Of a stretch of DNA of 64,000 nucleotides, positions 18,461 to 28,860 are shown in pieces. Under the pieces are notes generated by a model. That model was not told the origin of the DNA. It did not search any database and saw only the letters and a list, made by a program, of their open reading frames with translations. How positions within the stretch are numbered: the stretch's first letter is position 1; every line of letters starts with the position of its first letter. The stretch comes from a virus: UHGV virus genome UHGV-1358930, one strand, 5' to 3'. The position numbers and the translations under genes were made by a program.

Positions 18461-19962
18461 TGGCATCAAAAGTTCTTTTTAGTTATGGCTCAATTGATCT
18501 TTACAAAGCATTGTCAGTCAAAGATGAAAATACATTGTATTTTATCACAGACTCTCATGAAATTTATAAAGGTTCTGAGCTAATCGCGGATAAGACAGAA
18601 CTCAATGTTAAGTTTGTATCCGCAATTCCGTCTACAGCTACTGCTGTAGAAAACGTCTTGTACATTGCTACTGTAGAAGGAAAAACAACGTCTTGGATCA
18701 AGTCCGGGTCAACGATGATTCAAGTAGGTGGTGGAGAAGCTACTGAAATTGCAGACGGAGTTCTGAAGATCACCAATTTTGCCGAAGGCACTATCGCAAA
18801 GACACTAGATGCAGCGACAGACGAGCAGATTCCAACTGCTAAGGCTGTATCGGATGCAATCACTACAGCAGTTGGCCAGCTAGACTCTGCGTTTGTAGAC
18901 GTAGTTACAGAAGCAGCTCCAGAAGGAACTGCAGGTACTGTACTCAAGTTTACAACTAAGGGTGGAGAAACTAAGTCTGTAACTATTGCAGATATTTTCC
19001 TTGCCGGTGCTACATATGACAGCGCAAAGCACATCTTGACTCTAACACTTAATGATGCACAGCATTCTAAGGTAGAAGTTGACTTATCTACTTTTGTCGG
19101 ATCTTCTCTGTCCGATGTATCTGTAGGTGAGGATGAAGCGTTTACAGTAGAACTAGGCGATGGTGCTACGCTTGGTGGATTCAAGACAGGCGACAAGATT
19201 GCAAAGGATATGACAGTTGAAACCATCGTCAAGAAGCTTTTGATGAAACAAGTTCCTCCGACATATGTTCAGCCGTCTGTTGTAATTTCTAACAATGCGG
19301 GCTCATCCGCAGGTAATTACGAAATCGGATCTACTTTGAATGTCAAACTTCATGCTACGTTTACGCAGCATGACGCAGGCCAACTTACAAACATCCAGTT
19401 CAAGAAGAACAGTGTGAATGTGGGTGAAGCTTCTACATCTACTCCTGCAGATTACTCGGAAGAGTCATTGTCCCTCGTTTCTGCTACTACATATTCTGCA
19501 ACTGCTACGTATGCAGAAGGTGATGTAAAGAACGATAACCTAGGACAAGCTTATCCGACCGGACATATTGAAGCAGGTTCTAAGGATACTAGCAATTATG
19601 TATTCACTCCGTACCGTATGGGCTACTTCGCTGGATATACTTCTGACGTAGCTGAATTGACATCTGCAGCAATTCGTAATCTTCAAACAAAATCTAACGC
19701 AGCTTACAGATCAGGATCATTTAAGATCACAGTTAAAGCTGGAGCTAAGCGTGTTGTCATTGCTGCACCTGCAACTAACGCAGGTGTTACCAAGATTCTA
19801 AATGAATCTGCTTTGAACGCAGACGTCACATCTACCTTTGCTATGTCCACTATTGATGTAGAAGGTGCTAACGGCCATGCAGCTATTACATATAATGTTT
19901 GGACATATGTTCCGCTTAACGCATACAGCCAAGATGCTGTTCTTTCTGTTACGCTAGGTTAA
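18460..19962 (+). CDS. virion structural protein (fibre/decoration-like), paralogue 1
   Basis: N-terminal LYKALSVKDENTLYFITDSHEIYKGSEL motif shared with the next two genes; Thr/Ser/Ala-rich beta-rich body. Confidence 0.6.
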   Translation: MASKVLFSYGSIDLYKALSVKDENTLYFITDSHEIYKGSELIADKTELNVKFVSAIPSTATAVENVLYIATVEGKTTSWIKSGSTMIQVGGGEATEIADGVLKITNFAEGTIAKTLDAATDEQIPTAKAVSDAITTAVGQLDSAFVDVVTEAAPEGTAGTVLKFTTKGGETKSVTIADIFLAGATYDSAKHILTLTLNDAQHSKVEVDLSTFVGSSLSDVSVGEDEAFTVELGDGATLGGFKTGDKIAKDMTVETIVKKLLMKQVPPTYVQPSVVISNNAGSSAGNYEIGSTLNVKLHATFTQHDAGQLTNIQFKKNSVNVGEASTSTPADYSEESLSLVSATTYSATATYAEGDVKNDNLGQAYPTGHIEAGSKDTSNYVFTPYRMGYFAGYTSDVAELTSAAIRNLQTKSNAAYRSGSFKITVKAGAKRVVIAAPATNAGVTKILNESALNADVTSTFAMSTIDVEGANGHAAITYNVWTYVPLNAYSQDAVLSVTLG

Positions 19963-19985
19963 ATTATAGAAAGGAGTGAAACTTA

Positions 19986-21554
19986 ATGGCTACAATCAAT
20001 AAAACAAACGCTTTCATGGAGTTCCCTCTTCAAATCAGCCGTCAGTATAGCGGTCCAATTGAAAGATATTCCGTATTCTATTCTCTAGAAGAGGCTACTA
20101 CATATGCTACCACTAATCCAATTGCATATGTAGGTCAGATTGTAACAGTTGTTAACGAAGCTAAGAAGAATTCTGTTGCATATCAGATTTCTAATACAGA
20201 TGGCGATCTAGTTGAAATCGGTGCAAGCAAGCCGATGCTGTTCGTCGACAACGAATCTGCTATGCTAGCTCTAAAAGATCTTGAAGCTGGTCAGCAAGTT
20301 TACAGAGAAGATACCAGCACGGTATGGATCTTTGCTGGTGGCGATGCAACTCAGCTTGTAAACTGGCGCGAATCTGCTGCACACAGCGATACAATCTGGC
20401 AGGGTACCGAAAATAAAGTTATTTTCAATGCTATTACAGAAGCAGCTTATAAAGCTCTTGATGCAAAAGATGTAAATACACTTTATTTTATCACGGATGC
20501 GGGCAGAGTTTGCAAAGGTTCAGCAGACCTAACGAAATCTGTCATTGTAACTGACACGGTACCAGCAGTATCGGATGCAATTCTAGATAAGCTTTACATC
20601 AATTCTACTACATTTGAAGCAAAGATAACGACAGATAACGCAAGCTGGATTGTTCTTACTCCCGGTTATCTAACAGATGGTGCTAACTGGGCAGATGCAG
20701 ATTCTAACAAGTTTGCTACTATTGGTCTCATTAAGAAAGGAATCAAAGCTGCAGTAGATGCGATTTCACTTGCTACTACGTTTGATGCTATCACAGGTAG
20801 TGTCAAGGTAGGCGAAGGTACAGCTGCTACTCTTACCGGTGTTGCTCACGGAATCACCTATGATGCGTCTACGCTTACTATCACTATTCCGCAGTATGGT
20901 TCTGATAATCTAGTTGTAAACATTCCAAAGGACAAATTCGTAACTGCTGGTAAGTATTACGAAGATTATCCAGAAACAGATCCAACACAGCATAAGGTCA
21001 TTGTTCTAACTATTGATGGTCAGGCTGATCCTGTTATCATCCCTGCAGAAGCGCTTGTAAATATTTACAGTGCAGACAATACCAGCAAAAACGTTGTAAT
21101 TTCTGTATCCGATGACAATAAGATTTCTGCTCAGATCCTCATCGATCCGAATACTAAGAATGCACTTACGTATTCAGATGCCGGATTCCTTGTAGACATT
21201 TCTGGTAAGCTGGACAAGCTAACTTCTGCACTTGGTGACAAGATTGTCATCAGTGATGCAAATGGAAATGTAGTTGAGAGCAAGTTCTCTATCCAGTCTG
21301 AGGGCGAATTATCAGTCTCTTCAGAAAACATTGCAACTAACAATGTTGTATCTGCTGCAATCGCTAAGAAAGTTACAGCAGTAGCTGGAACTGAGAACAA
21401 CATCATTACATTTGGCACAGATGGTGCTATCAAAGATTCTGGTAAAACTATGGGCGGTGCTACGCTTTCTGAAACAGTTTCTGCCGATACTCTTGCTTCA
21501 GAAGCTGCCGTATCTGCGGCAATTGACGAAGTAATGAGCTGGCATTCTCTCTAA
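19986..21554 (+). CDS. virion structural protein (fibre/decoration-like), paralogue 2
   Basis: AYKALDAKDVNTLYFITDAGRVCKGSADL motif; AGGAG RBS. Confidence 0.6.
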   Translation: MATINKTNAFMEFPLQISRQYSGPIERYSVFYSLEEATTYATTNPIAYVGQIVTVVNEAKKNSVAYQISNTDGDLVEIGASKPMLFVDNESAMLALKDLEAGQQVYREDTSTVWIFAGGDATQLVNWRESAAHSDTIWQGTENKVIFNAITEAAYKALDAKDVNTLYFITDAGRVCKGSADLTKSVIVTDTVPAVSDAILDKLYINSTTFEAKITTDNASWIVLTPGYLTDGANWADADSNKFATIGLIKKGIKAAVDAISLATTFDAITGSVKVGEGTAATLTGVAHGITYDASTLTITIPQYGSDNLVVNIPKDKFVTAGKYYEDYPETDPTQHKVIVLTIDGQADPVIIPAEALVNIYSADNTSKNVVISVSDDNKISAQILIDPNTKNALTYSDAGFLVDISGKLDKLTSALGDKIVISDANGNVVESKFSIQSEGELSVSSENIATNNVVSAAIAKKVTAVAGTENNIITFGTDGAIKDSGKTMGGATLSETVSADTLASEAAVSAAIDEVMSWHSL

Positions 21555-21640
21555 TATCTTACAATAACCAAATATGTATGTTGTGTGTTCTCACAAGTAC
21601 GCACAACATACTAAATATATTTTATGAAAGGGCTAAATAT

Positions 21641-23236
21641 ATGCCTTCAACTTCAGGAATTATTGAATTTAAGTATGGTCTGCAGGCTGAGTATAACAGT
21701 GCAGCCAAAAACGCAAACACGATCTACTTTACGACAGATGCTCAGAGACTCTTTGTAGGTGATACTGAGTATACTCGTCCAGTTTCTCATGGCGCTGCTC
21801 TGCCTTCTAGTTTCTTGCCTCCGGATTCACTGTTCGTGCTGGAAGCGGGTACCGCTCGTTCACTCTACTTCAGCAAGGATGGCAAGACTTGGGAACTCAT
21901 TGCTAAGCTCAACGCTACGATCGCTAATGGTGTAGTTGGTAACAACACAGAGGGTGCTGTTGACTTCGGTGGTAGCTTCAAGATTCCGAAGGTTACTTAT
22001 GATGACCGAGGTAACATTACTGCAGCAGAAGATGTAACTATTACGCTTCCTGCAAATCCTGCCGATATCAAGAATACCGTTGAGGTAGATGGAACCGGAA
22101 ATGCTGTTACGGGTGCTACCTTTGATACTGCAGGTCATGCACTTACTCTCACAAAGGGTGAGACGTTTGCAACTAAGGCTTCTGTTGACGCAATTGCAGA
22201 GAAGCCGGCAATGGATATTACCTCAACTCAGATAACGAACTGGGACAATGAGGTAGGTGCAAAGGCTATTGCCAATGCTGCTGTAAAAGCTAATACTGCT
22301 ATCACCGGAGGTACACATACTAAAATCACGTATGATGCAAAAGGCCTTGTAACTGGTGGTACAGATCTTACTGCTGCAGATATCCCGACGTTAACACTAG
22401 CAAAGATTTCAGACGCTGGTGATGCAGCTAAGAAGGGTGTAGCTACCACTGTTACAGCTGGTGGCACGGACCTCCCGACTGCTGGTGCTGTTCAGACTGC
22501 AATCAACTCTGCTATTTCTGGTGTAACGCAGTTTGAAATCGTGAAGGTCGAGTCTTTCGACAAGCTTCCGTCTACGGGTGTAAAGGGTGTAATTTACCTT
22601 GTTCCGCATACTCATGGATCAAACGATACATTTGATGAGTATATCTGGAACACATCAGCAGCCGAACCGGCATATGAGAAGATCGGCAACACTGATGTTG
22701 ATCTATCTGGATATGTTCCGACCTCTCGTAAGATTAACGGTCAATCACTTGATGCAGATGTCAATATTACTACAATTACAGGTAATGCTGGATCTGCAAA
22801 CAAAGTAAATCATGCAATCACGATTGATGGTCAGAAATTCGACGGTTCTGCAGCAGTAACAATCAGCACCGCAAAGAGCGTCAGCTCTCTCACGGATACA
22901 ACTATCACATCAGCTGCAAACGGCAATTCTCTTGTCTACAACGGTACTGCCTGGGTAAACAAGACGCTTACTAAGGCTGATATAGGTCTTGGAAATGTAG
23001 ACAATACTGCTGACTCTGCTAAGTCAGTTGCGTCTGCAGGTAAGCTGACAACTGCCAGAACTATCACGCTTGAGGGTGATGCAACTGGATCTGTTTCCTT
23101 CGACGGATCTGAGAATGTGTCTATCGCAGTAACAGGTGTTAAGGCTGCAGCAGATGGAGAAGGTAACAACATTGTAGCTACGTATGCTACAAAGGCAGAA
23201 GTCGCAGCTGCAGCGCTTAAGTGGCAAACCATCTAA
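21641..23236 (+). CDS. virion structural protein (fibre/decoration-like), paralogue 3
   Basis: AAAGGG RBS before ATG 21641; NTIYFTTDAQRLFVGDTEY motif; repeated TGGT/ITGG segments. Confidence 0.6.
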   Translation: MPSTSGIIEFKYGLQAEYNSAAKNANTIYFTTDAQRLFVGDTEYTRPVSHGAALPSSFLPPDSLFVLEAGTARSLYFSKDGKTWELIAKLNATIANGVVGNNTEGAVDFGGSFKIPKVTYDDRGNITAAEDVTITLPANPADIKNTVEVDGTGNAVTGATFDTAGHALTLTKGETFATKASVDAIAEKPAMDITSTQITNWDNEVGAKAIANAAVKANTAITGGTHTKITYDAKGLVTGGTDLTAADIPTLTLAKISDAGDAAKKGVATTVTAGGTDLPTAGAVQTAINSAISGVTQFEIVKVESFDKLPSTGVKGVIYLVPHTHGSNDTFDEYIWNTSAAEPAYEKIGNTDVDLSGYVPTSRKINGQSLDADVNITTITGNAGSANKVNHAITIDGQKFDGSAAVTISTAKSVSSLTDTTITSAANGNSLVYNGTAWVNKTLTKADIGLGNVDNTADSAKSVASAGKLTTARTITLEGDATGSVSFDGSENVSIAVTGVKAAADGEGNNIVATYATKAEVAAAALKWQTI

Positions 23237-23275
23237 GTTCCTGTAATCTATAGTTACTAGAATATGTAGCATTTC

Positions 23276-23314
23276 GCCGAGTTGATTCAAATCAACTCGG
23301 CGATTTGTTTGTTC
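23276..23314 (+). terminator. rho-independent terminator
   Basis: 12-bp stem cgccgagttgat/atcaactcggcg, loop tcaa, then ATTTGTTTGTT. Confidence 0.8.
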
Positions 23315-23365
23315 ACCTTTAATACAACTGACGATAAACTACTACTAAACATATGTGGTGATGAC

Positions 23366-23710
23366 ATGAAAGATGTAAAATTAGAAGATGTATCGTTTAG
23401 CCGAGGACCTTCGAGCACAATTCCAGAAACTAAGATACCTGGAAGATTATTAGTAGAAACAGACACAGGAAATGTATTTTTAGATGATACAAAAGAATCT
23501 AGAGTACAATTAACAGATACATCAAAGTTATCTAAACACGGTGATGTATTAGATGATGGAGCGTCAATGGAATTTAAATCAGGTGAAGATTTTATACGCA
23601 TCTCAGGAAACTCGATTGAAGGCACAGCTTTATCCATCAAAAACATAAGAGAATCATTAGGGATTTCCGATAACAGACTTGTATGGACACCTATAAACGA
23701 GGAGAGATAA
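23366..23710 (+). CDS. hypothetical protein
   Basis: The ORF listed from 23282 overlaps the terminator; the likely start is ATG 23366 after GGTGATGA. Confidence 0.4.
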   Translation: MKDVKLEDVSFSRGPSSTIPETKIPGRLLVETDTGNVFLDDTKESRVQLTDTSKLSKHGDVLDDGASMEFKSGEDFIRISGNSIEGTALSIKNIRESLGISDNRLVWTPINEER

Positions 23711-23717
23711 CATAAAC

Positions 23718-24236
23718 ATGGATGAGATTCTGAAATACATTCAATTAGTTGCATCTTTGGTGTGCTCTATATCTGCTGCATCTGCAATAATTATCAAAAT
23801 TCTCAAAAAGTCGTTGATAAAGGTTACAAAAGAAGCAATTGATACTCACATGACCGAAATCAAACGAAATCAGCAGCAGAATATCAAGTCACTAGAATCT
23901 AAGATGCAAAGTAAGTTAGACGACATTAAATCATCTACTGATACACAGATGACTGCACTAACAAATCAGCTTCAAAGTTTATCTGAATCTCAATCAGATA
24001 CAAATGCCAAGCTTAAAGCTTCTTTGCTAGCATCTACGAGAGACAGAATAAATCAAGCGCATGACTATTACCTTAAAAAAGGATTCATAGGTACGCACTC
24101 TTTATTTATTGTAGAAGAATTATATTCCTCTTATACTGCATTGGGAGGAAACTCTTTTATAACACATCAAATGGAAGATATCAGAGAACTTAAGCTTACC
24201 AGCGCTGAGATGGAACAGTATGACAAAGAAAGCTAG
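23718..24236 (+). CDS. membrane-anchored coiled-coil protein (N-terminal TM helix)
   Basis: GAGGAGAG RBS; hydrophobic segment LVASLVCSISAASAIIIKIL followed by a Q/S-rich coiled coil. Confidence 0.5.
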   Translation: MDEILKYIQLVASLVCSISAASAIIIKILKKSLIKVTKEAIDTHMTEIKRNQQQNIKSLESKMQSKLDDIKSSTDTQMTALTNQLQSLSESQSDTNAKLKASLLASTRDRINQAHDYYLKKGFIGTHSLFIVEELYSSYTALGGNSFITHQMEDIRELKLTSAEMEQYDKES

Positions 24237-24324
24237 TTGTTTCTGCTCTGCAATACTTTCGTCACCTTTTATCTAATATATAGCAGGTGCTATTACATTA
24301 AACAATTTGTTGGAGGATGATTAT

Positions 24325-24537
24325 ATGCCGAGTGATAATACCATGATGTTGCCAATAGAAAACAATTCAATTAAGATCAAATTCGGAAGTCAATTGCCAA
24401 GCGCACCTGACAGAGATTGCATCTATTTCATAGCTGATGGAGAGACTAACACCTACAAACTCTATTTAGGAAACTATCCTATATATGCTAACGTGTCCGC
24501 AATAACTGACACTGAAATTGACGAAATTTGTAAATAA
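24325..24537 (+). CDS. hypothetical small protein
   Basis: GGAGG RBS 8 nt before ATG 24325. Confidence 0.45.
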   Translation: MPSDNTMMLPIENNSIKIKFGSQLPSAPDRDCIYFIADGETNTYKLYLGNYPIYANVSAITDTEIDEICK

Positions 24538-24560
24538 TTCTAGATGCAAGGAGGATTATT

Positions 24561-25647
24561 ATGGCGTTTTTAGATAACTCTGGATTGTCTAAGCTTTGGG
24601 CAAAAATAAAAGAACAGCTAAACAGCAAAGCAAATGCTTCGCATGATCATACATCAATTTCTGGTACTGCTTCTAATATCACAGGAGTTGTAGATTTTGC
24701 GCACGGAGGAACTGGTAGATCAAATAGAGATAGCGGATATTCGGCTTTGATGTCGGGGGGTGTACAAGGGAAATCTAAACGACGCTCAAAACGCAGGTGT
24801 TTATATGTTCACAACTGCGGATACTACAAATTATCCTACGTATGCTGGTAGAACTGATACTTGGGCAAGACTAGAAGTAACTACATCAGCTAGAGATTCT
24901 GCAGAAGTGATGCAAAGAGTGATATACAGTAGAGAAGGTGTAGAGTTTACTCGATTACATGCCAATGGAACAACTTGGACTCCTTGGCAAATTGTTGTAA
25001 GTGGCGCAGTTGCACATAGACAATTTGTGCAGAGTATTCCGTCTGGCGCAAATCTAAATGATTATATGATAAACGGTTCATATGTATCTACATCTAGTGA
25101 AAATATTATCGCTAATCTACCACCATTCTTTGGCGATGGTAAAGGTGCATTCACACTTCTTGTAACTGGAATTAGTACAGACTCTATGTATACTAATCAA
25201 ATCTTAATTGCTCTCGACAATAAACATGTATACATGCGATCTCAAACGAATTGGCAACTTCCCTGGGTCTGGACAGATTGGGCTCCAGTACCTATAGATT
25301 TTGTATCTAAAAATACAGGTAAATCTGAAATGCATTTGAACATAAGTAAACTCAATATAGAACCAAATCTGTATTTTGATAGAAGTGTTAATGGAGATAA
25401 ATATACTAGAATGTATGAAGCAAATACACAAGCTGCAGAATTAGCATTTGCACAAAAACCTGTAAATGGAACTGAAGCCATATCTAGATTAGCATGGGAT
25501 GGAGACCACATTGAGTTTAGAGGAGACAATAATACAATGTGGTTAGGTTCAAACTATCATCCGATGGCAAGATTCTACACATCAGACTACGGAACATCCC
25601 TACCAGCAGCTGGTTCTAAAGGTAGAGTCTTTTTCAAGAAAGTATAA
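24561..25647 (+). CDS. tail fibre protein (MAFLD-type), interrupted by a frameshift inside the G6 tract at 24755-24760 (listed ORFs 24561..24851 and 24760..25647 are the two parts)
   Basis: N-terminus MAFLDNSGLSKLW..SHDHTSISGTASNITGVV..GGTG is colinear with the paralogue at 25683. Removing one G restores LMSGVYKGNLNDAQNAGVYMF, matching the paralogue GDFNNLTTPGVYWV. Confidence 0.55.
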
Positions 25648-25682
25648 CAACACACAATTTATATGAAAGATAAGGTGAAAAC

Positions 25683-26561
25683 GTGGCGTTTTTAGATCAT
25701 GACGGATTGGTCAAAGTTTGGAGTAAAATGCTAGAGAAAGTAAATGCAAAAGCCGATAGTTCGCATGACCATAACAGCATATCGGGAACAGCTTCCAATG
25801 TAACAGGAGTTGTTAGCATCAGTAACGGAGGTACTGGTTCAGACTCACGTGGAGAGGGATATCAAGCTCTCCAGTCTGCTGGAACATTTTCAGGTGACTT
25901 TAATAATCTAACTACTCCAGGTGTGTACTGGGTAGATTTAAGAGAATGCACAAATGTTCCGCCTCGTCCAAATGGAATCAATCACGGAATACTAGAAGTA
26001 ATAAACAATGTCAATGTTTATCAGAGATTCACTTGTTTTGAGTACACGATGTATATCAGAACATATGCAAATAACATCTGGCAGGATTGGATTTGTATAT
26101 ATTCTTCTAAAGATATTATCGGACTAAATAATGGTGGTACTGGTGCATCTACTAGCTATGACGCTCAAATGAATTTAGGTATAATGCACGTTCACGATAT
26201 AGCAGCATCTGATCAGAATGACTGGAGAACTAAAGTGCTTTCTCAAATTTTACAAAATTCTATAAATTATGGTGGTGGCTTCCAATGTGGTAGTATTGGA
26301 TGGGCTGGTATTCAATTTGGTCAATACTTTGCTACTTCAGTCGGAAGTGGTGATAATCTATCGAATAGAATTTTGGCGCTAATCTACAATTCGGCTGGAA
26401 CAAACTGGGCATTAGAAGTATGGAGATGCGACGCAGGTACGTGGAATCCATGCGCAGTTAAAGGAGCATCACTACAAACAATGCCAGAAATTGGCTATGG
26501 TACAGCTGACCAAAGACCTGGTCCTGGACTCCCAGGAAGAATTTACTTCCAAAAGGTATAA
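25683..26561 (+). CDS. tail fibre protein (MAFLD-type) paralogue, GTG start
   Basis: AAGGTGA RBS; MAFLDHDGLVKVW..SHDHNSISGTASNVTGVV..GGTG; C-terminus GRIYFQKV similar to the first copy. Confidence 0.65.
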   Translation: MAFLDHDGLVKVWSKMLEKVNAKADSSHDHNSISGTASNVTGVVSISNGGTGSDSRGEGYQALQSAGTFSGDFNNLTTPGVYWVDLRECTNVPPRPNGINHGILEVINNVNVYQRFTCFEYTMYIRTYANNIWQDWICIYSSKDIIGLNNGGTGASTSYDAQMNLGIMHVHDIAASDQNDWRTKVLSQILQNSINYGGGFQCGSIGWAGIQFGQYFATSVGSGDNLSNRILALIYNSAGTNWALEVWRCDAGTWNPCAVKGASLQTMPEIGYGTADQRPGPGLPGRIYFQKV

Positions 26562-26590
26562 TATTAGAAACAACAAAAAGAGGTGATTGA

Positions 26591-27118
26591 ATGGCTTTAC
26601 AATCTAAAACAATTACTGGCAATGGTTCAAGAGGACACCATAAATTTACATTAACTGTTACAGAGAACAGTAAAAATGATAGTGCAAACACATCCAATAT
26701 TAGCTATACATTTAAAATTTCGCCTATTCAATCTGGATGGGGATGGAATACGCAAGGAACAAATATCAGTTACACTATCACGATAAACGGAACTAATTAT
26801 ACTGGAACAATTCCTGATTATAATGGTTCAAGTACAGTTACGTTGAAAAGCGGTACATTAAACGTTGCACATGATGCAACAGGTACAAAAACAATGAGTT
26901 TCAGTTTCAGTGTACGTGATAGAGACGGAGAAAGTTACACTTGCGGCTCAGCATCAGCTAGCGGATCTATGGTATTAACACCAACCACTGGTCAGGGACT
27001 TGTTTACATTGATAATGGGTCTGGTTGGGATGCATATCAAGTATATATCGACAATGGATCATCGTGGGATAGATACATTCCATATATTGACAACGGATCT
27101 GGCTGGGACATGTATTAA
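26591..27118 (+). CDS. structural protein with C-terminal triple repeat YIDNGSGWDxY
   Basis: AGAGGTGA RBS; Thr/Asn/Gly-rich; three tandem about 11-aa repeats at the C-terminus. Confidence 0.5.
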   Translation: MALQSKTITGNGSRGHHKFTLTVTENSKNDSANTSNISYTFKISPIQSGWGWNTQGTNISYTITINGTNYTGTIPDYNGSSTVTLKSGTLNVAHDATGTKTMSFSFSVRDRDGESYTCGSASASGSMVLTPTTGQGLVYIDNGSGWDAYQVYIDNGSSWDRYIPYIDNGSGWDMY

Positions 27119-27236
27119 GTGAATCAATGCTAGCAATAACTGTTGAAACTATTCAGCAGTTATTGTTATGTACACCTTTAATATCGACAAATGTATACAA
27201 ATTCGTTCAACTATGATACTAGGAGTTGATTCGTAT

Positions 27237-28856
27237 ATGCCAAGACAACTATGGAATGAAGGACGAGTTGTAGGCTTGTCCGCATATGAAGTCTATCTCA
27301 AACAACATCTGTCAAAAAATCCTGATATAGAACCTGCTACTGAAATTGAATGGTTAGCTGCTTCGATTGCATCTGGATCTTCTATGATACTGAAAATATC
27401 TGCTCACAAAACTGCAGGTAGACACATAGTAGATTACCCATTACCTGCAGATAGTAGACTATGTGCAGCTAACCTGATTTTTGGTAATTTTTTCTCTGGA
27501 GATGTAGATATATCCGACGCCTCATCTCCATTTGGTTATAGATTGTCATCTGTAGGTCAAACTGTTTCAAATACTGAGCACAGCCATCCGATTGGATCTG
27601 CTACGGACGCTACAAGTATTCCGAATCAAGTTGATGATACAGATTTATTTAACTCTAAAGCAAACGAATACAATAAAATTTTAGATGGTGTAGTCATTCA
27701 ACCAGGTAACTGGGAAGATACAGGTGCGGCAGCTCCTGCAGCAGATCTAATTCCAAACATGAAACTTTCACCTACTGTCCGTATACTATTCAAAGACAAA
27801 GTAGATGTAGATTTCTATGTTATATTAACTGGATTCACCAATAGATCTGTAATATCTGGAGTAGCTGGAATGGGAGGATCTTTTGATCCTATTGCTCCGC
27901 TAGACGGAACAGCATTTGGACCCGCACAGTTCCCTTGGGCTGCTAAAATCATATTCAATACGTCTAACTATACATTAGATCAGGCTGTATTATCTAATTA
28001 TTCTCGAAAGCTTCCTACTTCTGCAGCTGAAGTATCTGTAAAAGGCAAACCGATTATAGATATGGCTACAACTGACCCAAACAGCTACTATCATGCAAAT
28101 CTACCAGATGCGCAAGTTACAGAAAATGTCGTTAAATATAGCTCTCCAGACAACCAAATCAATGTACTAACTACATATACAAAGAAAGATAAATATCCGC
28201 CTGCGTTGTATGGAGGAATAGTAACTAAAACAGGTGAAAACACTATAAGTCCAATAGGTGTTGTATCCGAAGGTTCAGTTAAGATATTTGACAAAGATGC
28301 AACGAAAGATGATATAAAGGATTATGAAGACACGTATCCGGGTACATCTGGAATTCGTAAAAACGATGACGGAACTATGGATACTCTAGATAACGCTGAT
28401 AATCTAGTTAAAGTCGCTGAAGTGTCGCATAGAAGGCTTGTGTATAACAACATAGTCGCAAGCGACAACTATGTGAATGGCGTAGTAACTAAGACTGGAA
28501 ATAAATCTGCGATATCTCTATCACTATCGCCTAGCAGTAACGACACGCAGTATACGCTAGGAAATGATGGAGATAACAACAAGACCATAGGAAACACAAC
28601 ATTCGGAGTAGGTAACCTGCAGAAGCTGAGTCCAAATTCTTCTAATATCACATTCCCTTATATACTAGAAGCTATGTCTAATAATAAGTCAATAGACATT
28701 CTAGGAGATAACATGAAATTGCTGAAAGCTGGTCTAAATAAATCGGAACCATATGTCCAGCTTCCTAACGGACTTCGATTCTACATATCCGCAACAAAAC
28801 CAACTGCAACTGATGTCCCAATCGGGTCTATTGGAGTAGGCTGGACAGAGGAGTAA
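27237..28856 (+). CDS. tail/baseplate structural protein, hypothetical
   Basis: TAGGAG RBS before ATG 27237; 540 aa, Gly/Asn/Thr-rich. Confidence 0.5.
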   Translation: MPRQLWNEGRVVGLSAYEVYLKQHLSKNPDIEPATEIEWLAASIASGSSMILKISAHKTAGRHIVDYPLPADSRLCAANLIFGNFFSGDVDISDASSPFGYRLSSVGQTVSNTEHSHPIGSATDATSIPNQVDDTDLFNSKANEYNKILDGVVIQPGNWEDTGAAAPAADLIPNMKLSPTVRILFKDKVDVDFYVILTGFTNRSVISGVAGMGGSFDPIAPLDGTAFGPAQFPWAAKIIFNTSNYTLDQAVLSNYSRKLPTSAAEVSVKGKPIIDMATTDPNSYYHANLPDAQVTENVVKYSSPDNQINVLTTYTKKDKYPPALYGGIVTKTGENTISPIGVVSEGSVKIFDKDATKDDIKDYEDTYPGTSGIRKNDDGTMDTLDNADNLVKVAEVSHRRLVYNNIVASDNYVNGVVTKTGNKSAISLSLSPSSNDTQYTLGNDGDNNKTIGNTTFGVGNLQKLSPNSSNITFPYILEAMSNNKSIDILGDNMKLLKAGLNKSEPYVQLPNGLRFYISATKPTATDVPIGSIGVGWTEE

Positions 28857-28860
28857 TCGT

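Noticed and set aside
18720-19232. Minus-strand 170-aa ORF (similar antisense ORFs at 21131, 22228 and 22936)
   Set aside because: Shadow ORFs inside Ala/Thr/Ser-rich structural genes; no RBS.
24760-25647. Independent GTG-initiated gene
   Set aside because: It is colinear with the paralogue once the frameshift at the G6 tract is repaired, so it is treated as the distal part of one fibre gene.
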